A DNA stretch of 64,000 bases, taken from assembly GCF_009914755.1 (NCBI RefSeq), contig NC_060929.1, one strand, 5' to 3'. The translations under genes and the position numbers were made by a program. Below, in pieces: positions 52,596-64,000 of this stretch (positions within the stretch are counted from its first letter, which is position 1; every line of letters begins with the position of its first letter). The notes under the pieces are model-generated. The model was given only the letters and a program-made list of their open reading frames with translations. It was not told the origin of the DNA and searched no databases. Source of the DNA: the human T2T-CHM13v2.0 reference genome, Homo sapiens.

Positions 52596-53607
52596 ACTGC
52601 CTCTCACCTGATGATCCTCAAATGCAAAGGGCGTCCCCGCATCTCTCTTGTGCATCCCAGGAGCTGAGAGGAGGCCTGGGTAGCAGCACTTCCCTACTGA
52701 GGGGCCTGAGATTCCACAAGGCCACAGGCCACTAAGGAGCCCAGGGAGGGAGTGCAGGGACAGACCGGGGCACTCCAGGCCCCATCCACTGGCCACTGCA
52801 CCTCTTCCTTTTTCAGCTTTGAAACAGGACCCAACCAGACACTGGGGCTTTCTCAAAGCTCACAGTCCTTGTCCTTGCCATGGTTCCTTCCAGAACTCCC
52901 TTTCCACATGCTTGGGGAATGGATCACCAGGTCAGATGGGGCTTCTCGAATCCCACAGACAGGTGGCACGCTGTGGTTTGAGATTCCTGGGGGTATCGGG
53001 GTTGGAAGTGGGCAGGAATAATGGTAAATATCCAGGTAAAGGAGCAGCCTCTTTACTCACCCAGTGCCACTAAAGCACTTACGCATGCCTACCTGTGCTT
53101 GAGGCTGGAGAGACAGCTGTGAAAAAGACAGCCAGAGAACTCCTGCATTGGAGAAGAAACTCCATCATCGCATGTAAATATGAGATCCTGCACCCCACGT
53201 GCAGAAATGCAGGGTTGAGACCATTTCTGAGCACAGCTCTATAAGTAGCAACACTTTCAAACACATCCCTCAATGCCACCACATGGGCCTCCATTCTATA
53301 GAGAAGGAATGGGCACCCCATGTGACAAGTCCAGCGAAAAGTCCCCAGGACAGAGCCTAGGGCCCAGGCTCTTCCCAGATGGAGGAGCTGTACCTCCTTT
53401 TACTTACAGGGAGGGGTGGACCAGACCCTCCTGGAGTAGTGGGTGATGAGGCATGGCACTGGCAGGGGGAGAGGGTGCCCTCTTGTGGTCTTCCCTGAAA
53501 GGACACGTTTCCTTGCTTACAAAGACTTTCTATGATTAATGTTATCAGGGACTATTACCTAACACATTTCTGTAGGATTTTGCATTTCAGAATGAACTTT
53601 CAATTAA

Positions 53608-53892
53608 TTTTTTTTGAGACAGGGTCTCACTCTGTCACCCAGGCTGGAGTGCAGTGACACAATCACGGCTCACTGCAGCCCCCACACCCTGGGCTTAAGT
53701 AATCCTTCCACTTCAGCCTCCCAAATAGCTAGGACTACAGGCACCACCACACCCAGCTAATTTTTTGAGTATTTTGTAGAGATGGGGTTTCACTATGTTG
53801 CCCAGGCTGGTCTCAAACTCCTGGGCAATCAAGCAATCCTCCCACCTCGACCTCCCAAAGTGCTGGGATTGCAGGTGTGAGCCACCAAACCC
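53608..53892 (-). mobile_element. Alu (J-like)
   Basis: Antisense Alu body. Confidence 0.85.
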
Positions 53893-54018
53893 AAACCCAG
53901 CACAAAATGCACTTTCCATCCCATGACCTCATTTGATCCTTGCTATGAGAGGCATATTGTCATTATGCTTTTACAAGAGCCAGAGAGGTCAGACAATACT
54001 TGTTATTAAGATAATAAT

Positions 54019-54374
<356 letters not shown>

Positions 54375-55381
54375 TTATTTTACACATATTATCTCATTTG
54401 TGATATCAACCTATGAGGTGGCTATTCCGGTCCTTATAGAACAACAAACAACCTGTGAGGTATATATTCTGGTCCTTATAGATGGAGGACAAGTTCAAAG
54501 TGTTAGAAACATGCCCAGGGCCCCCTAACTGGTAAGTAGCTACATCAGGAAGCAAACCCAGGGTGCCACCTTCCATACCAGCTTGGTAAGAGCAGTGTTC
54601 AATCTGGTCCTCCAGCCTATGGGAGATCCCCCAGCTGCCTCTGGCCAGGAAGAAGGCCCTGGGAGATGTCACCCACCAGAATTGACTCAGGGTTCCCAAC
54701 AAGGATCCCAAGATGCCATTGGCCTTGGAACCAGCAGCCCCTCTGGAGGCACCATCTTCCACCTCCTTCTGTGCCCTGAAGAAGTTGGCTCAGGAGAGAG
54801 ACTTTTTTTCTGCTTCAGAAAGAAAGGTTCCCAAGGCTCCCTGAGAGCTGCCTCTCTGAGAAGGGGACAGCAGGAAGGGCACCCTGAAATGGCTGCAGGG
54901 TATGGCTCAATGGCCCACACAAAGGAGGTGAAATAGGATGCCGTGGTCCTGAATAACACATGCACACACAAAATGCTGCCCGCTATTTGAGAGCTATTTT
55001 AGAGAAAACCTAAGAACTCTTTCTTTAGTGTATGTCATGGTTTCCATAAAGTACTTGGCCTTCAGTATTCGTTTATGTATTTGACAAATGTTTATGGAAG
55101 GCTTGCTATGTTCCAGGCACCATTTCCAGCACCCAGGATGGAGGGGTGAACAAAACAGATTCCAGTTCAATTTACAGTCTAGAGTAGGGTACGGGGAACA
55201 GGAACAAACAAAGAGACAGATGTATTTATAGTATTAGGTAGAAGGAAAAATACATAAAACATCATCAAGACAATTTTATATTGGCATACATTCGGTGAAA
55301 TGCAGGAATTCACACTTTGTAAACAGGGTGGTATGATAAGAAGAGCCAAAAACAAAGGAGCTATTTTAAATTGGGAGTTCA

Positions 55382-55886
<505 letters not shown>

Positions 55887-56001
55887 TCAGAGGGGCACAG
55901 AGGCCAGGTTGGGTGGAGCCGCGTAGCCCACTTGAGGAGTTTGGATCTCATCTAAGTGCGTGACTGACAGCGTCAGATACACATTTTAAAAGATCACTCC
56001 T

Positions 56002-56260
56002 GGCCAGGCACGGTGGCTCACACCCGTAATCCCAACACTTTGGGAGGCTGAGGCAGGTGGATCACTTGATATCAGGAGTTTAAGACCAACATGGCAAAAC
56101 CCCGTCTCTACTAAAAATACAAAAATTAGCCAGGCAGGGTGGCACATGCCTGTAATCTCAGCTACTCGGGAGGTTGCAGTGAGCCAAGATTGTTCCACTG
56201 CACTCCAGCCTGGGCAACAGAACAAGACTCTGTCTCAAAAAAAAAAAAAAAAAAAAAAAG
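56002..56260 (+). mobile_element. Alu with internal deletions
   Basis: TSD TAAAAGATCACTCCT. Confidence 0.85.
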
Positions 56261-56456
56261 TAAAATTAAAAGATCACTCCTAAACGGGGCAGGGAGGGAA
56301 AGCAAATGTATTCCTCTTGTATACTTTTTTATATCTATATAAAGAAACCCAGGAAAAATACAAAAGGACCTAATAAAAGTGTTTACCTATGAAAGCAAAC
56401 TTCTCAATACCCACTCTTGCATCATTTTGACATCTTAACCATATGTAGATATCATC

Positions 56457-57225
56457 TGTATTCCTGTCTTGTGGCTGCCATAACAAACTGTCACAAACTG
56501 GGTGGCTTCAGACAATAGCGATTTATTCTCTCACATTTCCAGAGGCCAGAAGTTCAAATCCGGGCGTGGGCAGGGCCACATTTCCTCCCAAGGCTGTGGG
56601 GAGCTTCTCTTCCCTGTCTCTTCCATCTTCTGGGGCGCCACACATTTCTTGGTGCATCGAGGACATTGCTCCAATCTCTGTCTGTGTGGTTACAGGGCCT
56701 CCTCCCCTTCTCTCTGTTTTTTTTTTTTTTTTTTTTTTTTTTGAGACAGGTTCTGGCTCTATCGCCCAGGCTGGAGTGCAGTGGTGCAATCTCTGATCAC
56801 TCCAACCTTCACCTCCTGGGTTCGAGCAATTCTCATGCCTCAGCCACCTGAGTAGCTGGGATTACAGGCGCACCACCGTGCCCAACTAACTTTTATATTT
56901 TTTTGTAGAGACAAAGTCCTGCCATGTTGCCTCGGCTGGTCTCACACTCCTGGGCTCAAGCAAAGCACCCCAGAATGTTGGGATTACAGGCGTGAGCCAC
57001 CACACCTGGCCCCTTCTGTCAAATCTTCCCCATGTGACTCTGATTAAGACACTTGTCAGTGAATTTAGGACCCACTCAAATAATCCAGGATGATCTCTTC
57101 GTCTCAAGATTCTTAACTTAATTACATCTGCAAAGATCCTTTTTTCCAAACAAGGTCGCAGTCCCACAGATCCTAGGAATCCAGCTTTGGACATATCTTT
57201 TGGGATGCCACCATTCAACCCATCA
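56457..57225 (-). mobile_element. MLT1 LTR with an Alu (about 56717-57010, -) inserted
   Basis: GGCTGCCATAACAAACTGTCACAAACTGGGTGGCTT ... TTAACTTAATTACATCTGCAAAGA. Confidence 0.8.
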
Positions 57226-58221
57226 TGCTACCTACTCAAAAAGACCGAAGTAAACTGAAACATTTCTTCTAGCTGTGGGGTGGGGAATGAACTATAGGGT
57301 GGTGGGATGGAGGCGGAGTGGGCACGTGTGGGAGGAAAGGCCAAGAGAAAGTGATCTGTGGGAGGGAAAAGTCAGAATGTAGCATTCCTCACCCCTCCCC
57401 TGTCTGGTTTAAGCAAATGGCACATTTTGGTGCCTCTGCTGTGGCTGGGGAGATTGGAGGACAAAGCGGGTTTGCAGGAGGTGGGGATTGGGAAGGGAGG
57501 AAAGTTTTAGAAGTTTCAAAATGTTTCAAGTAGGTAGTTGGAAGACCGCATGGCAAGGGAGGGGGAATGGAAGCCTCAGATGACTGAGCAACCCAGGCTA
57601 CAGAAGCCCCATCATCTCCCTCCTTAGAGAGCTCAGCATCTGGGGATGCAGCCACCTGGCAGAGTTGGCCATGATTCAGCTTGTGAAATCCAGGTTTCTC
57701 CCAGTCTACATTTGCACAACCAATTCTGTGAATTTAAATGCAAGACTTCTCATCTCCAATGTAAATTTCAGGATCCCTATGACTAATCTTTCCCCGTAAT
57801 TCTGCCTCCAAACCAAGCAGGAGTGTATGCATAGTATGATCCCATTTTTGCAGGAGGAAAAGACTCTTTGTGTGGGCCTATAACAATAGCTAATCCTGGC
57901 TGAGCCAGACATTGTGCTGAGCTCAGCATACTTTATCTCATTTCATTTTCTCAGCCACACTCTAAACAAGGTGGAATTCTCATCTTCCGAGGAAGAAAAT
58001 GAGACTCAGAGAGGTCACTCGCCCAAACTAGTGACCTATTGGGAGTTGTACCCTGGTGTCTTGGCCTTTGTGTCTATAATCATTAACGCCTCCCCCCACC
58101 TTTACGCCCACTTGTAGATACAAATGCATATAAAACATTCAAGCATATACCTGCAAAGCTGTTAACAGTGGTTAGTTCTGAGATGGTGGTGAGAGGCTAC
58201 CCATTACACAGTTCTGCCTCA

Positions 58222-58560
<339 letters not shown>

Positions 58561-59527
58561 AAATTATCTTCAAGGTATCTGCTTCTCTAATTAGTAAATA
58601 GACATCTGTTCATCCAGAGAAAAATCTGGAAGAACATACACCAAAATGTCAACTGTGGTTCCATCTGGGGAGCATAAGCATGGGAAACGAGCTACCTTCC
58701 ACACTGTATATTTTGATGTTGTTTGAACTTTATACGATGAGCATGTGCCACTTTTGTAAGCAGAAAAAGTAATTAAGACCTTTTTTTTTTAACGTAAAAG
58801 GAAGAATAAAGAGGAGGGTGACTCAGCAGCTGGCAACAGAGGCCCCACCTTCCTTCCTGTGCTCCTTTCCACCTCTCCCCACCCACATGCACACACCCTA
58901 ACTGGAAAAACCTGGGCTCCTGCCGGCTGCGTCTGTCCTTCCCGTCTCTCCTCCTAGTGGTTGAACTGGGCCACCGCTAATCCCAGGGCAATAATACCTC
59001 CCCCTCACCTTTATTAGTGGCTTGTGGTTTATGGGATGCCTCCAGTGCCAGCTCATGTTTAATCCTCCCCATGATGCTGTGAGGTAGCTATTCTCATGCC
59101 CATTCTACAGACATGGAAACTGAGGCTCAGCAAAGCTAAGCTCCCTGCCAGAGGTCACATAGCATGTCTGCGATTGTGCCTGGGCCCAAATTCCCAGGCC
59201 AGGCTTCTTGAATGCTGCATCAGTTCAAGCTCATTTCAGGAACCTGAGGTTTGCTACCTAAAATCGGCCTGTTGGATCTTGTTCAGCCACATGAAACAGC
59301 AGATGTGCGCCTGTTCTCTGAAGAGCCCATCCCTGCAGCCTCAGGCACTCAGCCCTTCCCTGCACTGCCTTGGCCCTGGGGCTGAGCCTGAGAGAGAGGA
59401 ATGGAAGGGCGCTTTGGGTCCTGACAGAGAAGCGTGGGTAAAAGGGAGACAAAAAGGGGGCAGACCCCTAGCATACACACAGATGGGCACAGGCAGGCAA
59501 ACCCTACAGTCTAGGAAAGTGGGTAGG

Positions 59528-59842
<315 letters not shown>

Positions 59843-62046
59843 TCAGAATCCTGGATATGGCTTTGATCAAATCATTTAGTGTCTGTGGGCCTCAGTTCCC
59901 TCATCTGGAAAACGTGCATTACAGTAGCACCACCTTATAGAGCAGTTCCAAGGACTCAGTGGGGAATCCTTAGAGTGCATTTAGCACAATACCTGGACAT
60001 AATGCCTGCTGAATAAGTGCTGCTTCTTGTTATTAACAAGACTGAATTGATCTGATCAAAGCAGCTCCCTTTGGTTTCAGCGAACATTTACTGAGTGCCT
60101 ACTATGTGCAGGCCTGGGGTAAGCCCTGGGGATATTGTGATAAAGTAGATGGAGCTCTGCTCTCACACAGCTCCCAAGCGATCAAGGGAGGCCAACCCAG
60201 AAAGAGGCAGACCATTCCTGGAGGCCACCAGGGTGGAGGGGTCCATGTGAGGTGAGACCTTGAATGCCAGACTGAGCTATCTGAACCTTCTCCTGTTGGC
60301 CTGGGAGCCACGGAAGGTCTTAGAGCAGGGGTCGCTGACCAAGTCGTCTCATGTAGAAGTGGGATCTCGGTCCCTGCGGCCCACCCGCTTCCTGAGCCAT
60401 CGTTGAGGACGGTGTGGTGGGAGAAGGGGAAGCTTAAGAGGGTCAGGCACTGGGCCTGTGAGGCCAGGATGGGGGCGTCTTGGCTCAGACAGGGTTGAAG
60501 GTGGACTCGGGGAGGCCACACAGAGACGTTAGGGAGGGGATTCGGTCCTGGAGTCAGTAGCAGGGGAAGAATCCATTTAAACTCAACCAAGGGCAGGGCT
60601 AACAAGCTTATCTGGGGGTGCGGCTGATCACTGCAGGGGCGTCTCAGGTGATTTTGTTTTCTTTCTGCGTGTCTGTGTCTTCCGTTTTTCTACATGGAGT
60701 GACCAGAAGAGATGAGGCCAGCTGTTGTTTGGGAGCCCCGGGATGAGACTCAAGGGGTCGCATCTCAGCGCAGGGCACGGAGGAGCTCCTGTGCAGCTGG
60801 AGGAAGGAAGCAGGACTCACTGGCAAGTTCTGGGATGCAGGGAGAGAGGCTTGGACATGCCGGGGCTGCGGCTTTGGGCAACGCCAGCCTCTATGAACCT
60901 TGACATCCTCCTCTGTTGGGGGGTAATGATGGCGTGGCAGAGGGGGTAGGCCCAGAGGAGGATCTGGGGCACCCCCCTACCCTCCGGCTCCCGGGCGTGT
61001 CTGCGTCCGTGTCATCTTCCGCCCAGGCGTGGGCCAACTCAGCACAATCTGGCAGGGCGAGCCTGGGCACCAGCTGAGGGAGGCTGGGTTCCAGCCCCTC
61101 GCTGCCCAGCCTGACCCAGTTGCCCCAACAGGAGGGCCTCCAATTTCTCCTGGGGCAGCCCAGTCACCTGGGAAATTCTGCTCATAGCAAGCAGGAAAAG
61201 GCCAGGACTCACGCCCCAATGACGCCACAGCTGGGCAAGCCCTGGGGACCCAGAGGGCCTGGTTCCAGTCCCGCCTGTGGAACAAACTCAAAGTTGCCTT
61301 CTCTGGGGCTCAGTTTCCCCTCTGATTACCACCTCAACCAATCCGTGTGTTCATTTTCCCTTTGTGGGGGCATCTACCAAGTGTCAGACCTGCAATAAGC
61401 GTCAAGCATCAGTGAACCCCTATCCTTAGCCTTGGGAAGCACCCAGCCTGGCTCGTCTGCAGCCCTGTGCCCACGCACAAAACTAGAAGCTGCTCTGCAG
61501 GGCCAGTGGGCTTGGCTTCCCTCTGCATCCGCAAGGCGGCAGGTGCCCAGAAGAGGGCAGCAGAGAGCGCGTCTCCAGCCTCCCAGGCTGAATCCCAGTG
61601 AAAGGGAGCCTGTGACCTTGGCAGTCGTGGAAGGCCAAGGCCTGGGGATTTTTCAGCCTCACTGTTGTCAGGACAAAGTTTCAGAGGTACCTCTGGCACA
61701 TTAGCATTCTCTTTGTCCTGGACCCCTGGGCGGCCGACACCCCCGCACTCTCCAGTCCCAGAGCATCCGGCCCTGACACCCTGGCCTGTGCACTGCCCCC
61801 CAGGAAGAGTTGTCCTGGGGCTGCTTTCAACCAGCTGTGGCCAGCTCTGGGGAATGGAAGGAGGGTACTGAGGACTGAGGAAGGCTGGGGAGGAGAAGCC
61901 CCATCAGCCACGGCAAGTCCCCGCCACCAGGGGCATGGGCTGGTCCTAGGAGCAGTGGGCACCCTGCAGCGCCTTCCACTAGGTAGTGAACGATACCAGT
62001 ACGTTTTCTAAAGATCACCGTGGTGCCATGAGGAGGACAGACTAGC

Positions 62047-62462
62047 ACTCACATTCAGACACACGCTCATGTTCTCATTCTCACACATGCACACTCTCAT
62101 GCACACTCATGCTAACACGTTTCACACAAATCACCCCAAACTCACACACTCAGATACACTCACACTCACATGCTAACACAGACATATACACATTCATGCT
62201 CACAGTCATACCCTTTCACACCAACACACTCATACAAACCAGAGCTCACCCATTTCCACACAGCTTGCACACTCGCGAACACTCGCCCACACTTATGTAT
62301 ACACACAACACTCACACACTCATACTCTCATACACTAACACACATTCATTTTTCACACAGCTCTTACAAGTGTTCGTGTACACACACTTACATATGTTCA
62401 CACAGTCACACACACACCCCTCCATATGCTCGCACACACACACACACTCATGCACTCACACT
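62047..62462. repeat. Degenerate CA-rich low-complexity tract
   Basis: About 415 nt of ACAC/CTCA motifs. Confidence 0.85.
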
Positions 62463-63190
62463 CGAGGCCTTCCTGGAGTGGGTCGGGTGCAGTCCGAGGG
62501 GGCACTGTCAGCTCCGCTGCCTCCTGCCGGGGTTCCAGGGATAATCCCAGCTCTCAGGCATCTGATGTGCCTCCCACCCACTTCTGAAAAGGATTTCAGA
62601 TGGTTTAGAAAGGCAAAGCCCAATTGAAGCAGGATAATGAAAAAGAAAAACAGAGGAGGGTAGAGACGTTAAAATCTTAACCCCGGTTTCTCCTGGCCCA
62701 GGGCCTTCTAAGCCCAGAAGTACTCAGTGGTCTGTGATTTCAGAGCCCCTGCCCCAGGCCACCTTTTCCTGGCCTCTGTCAACGGCACTTCAGCCCTTGT
62801 GGGCCTCTCTACTTGTCCCAAGGCGGGCTGTGAGAGGGCTTCTCCCCTGCCACCATGCCCACCACTGCTTGGGGGGTTAGGGCACCAGTCTCTGGTCTCC
62901 CTTCAGCTGCCTGAAAGGGGGCTGGGCTGAAGGCAGTTCAAATGACTGCCTCACAAATGGTGTTCCCCGACATCGGTCAGGCTGCCAAGCAAACATCTTG
63001 GCTCTACCTCTGTCTTTCCTCGAGATGAACTCCCAGCAACCCAGGACCCTCCAGTGCTGAAGCAGAGTTCCTTGTCTCATTGTTCCAGAGTCCTAGTCTT
63101 GATGCTCTACCCATCTGACCCTCAGTCCCAACACAGCCCAGCACAGTTTCTCAGTGAGGGCCTTATTCAGATAAGACACCCAGGGAGTGA

Positions 63191-63605
63191 TGATATGGTT
63201 TGGATCTGTGTCCCCACCCAAATCTAACCCCCAGTGTCAGAGGTGGGGCCTGGTGGGAGGTGATTGGATCATGCACGGAGATTTCTCATGCAAGGTTTAG
63301 CACTATCCCCCTTGGTGCTGTTCTCATGAGAGTAAGTGAGTTCTCACGAGATTGGGTTGTTCAAGAGTATGCAGCACCTCCCCTCTCTCTCTTGCTCCTG
63401 TTCCTGCCATGTAAGACGTGCTGGCTTCCCCTTCCCCTTCTGCCATGATTGTAAGTTTCCTGAGGCCTCCCCAGAAGCTGAACAGATGCCAGCATCATGC
63501 TTCCTGTACAGCCTGCAGAACCGTGAGCCAATTAAACCTCTTTTTCTTTATAAATTACCCAGTCTCAGGTATTTCTTTACAGCTATGCAAGAACCAACTA
63601 ATACA
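63191..63605 (+). mobile_element. MSTB-like MaLR solo LTR
   Basis: TGATATGGTTTGGATCTGTGTCCCC...CTAATACA. Confidence 0.85.
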
Positions 63606-63713
63606 GTGACACATCCTGATATTCCAAAATTGCTCAAGTGGGTGTTTCAGTCAGCTAATGCAGTAACATTTGGTTTGCCGCAACACAAACCAACCCAAAA
63701 TCTAATGGCTTAA

Positions 63714-63990
<277 letters not shown>

Positions 63991-64000
63991 TTGGCCTAAA

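Noticed and set aside
58901-58908. miR-145-5p 8mer site AACTGGAA
   Set aside because: Lies beyond the distal poly(A) site and is expected by chance

Overview
This is human (primate) genomic DNA, not prokaryotic. It is recognisable from the exact miR-143 (47763-47868) and miR-145 (49492-49579) hairpins as the smooth-muscle CARMN/MIR143HG locus. From memory this is chr5q32, between IL17B to the left and CSNK1A1 to the right; neither gene's coding exons are visible here. I find no intact protein-coding gene, and nearly all track ORFs are Alu, LTR or low-complexity artefacts. The + strand lncRNA runs from about 25.8 kb to about 51.7 kb; its splice sites, CArG (SRF) elements and two poly(A) signals can be read from the sequence. 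The rest is repeat-dense: about 35 Alus, MaLR/ERVL LTRs, L1/L2/MIR and DNA transposons. Most notable: (1) a complete Ricksha (MULE/MuDR) transposon with TIRs, TSD, a decayed transposase and a captured ERVL LTR just upstream of the transposase ATG; (2) alternating inverted Alus bracketing each miRNA-containing exon, with the middle Alu shared; (3) a Kozak-context first-AUG small ORF in CARMN whose C-terminus depends on splicing; (4) an Alu-in-Alu near-zero-spacer hairpin; (5) several small templated or TPRT-like insertions. Repeat subfamily calls and exon boundaries were made by eye and need RepeatMasker and RNA-seq confirmation.
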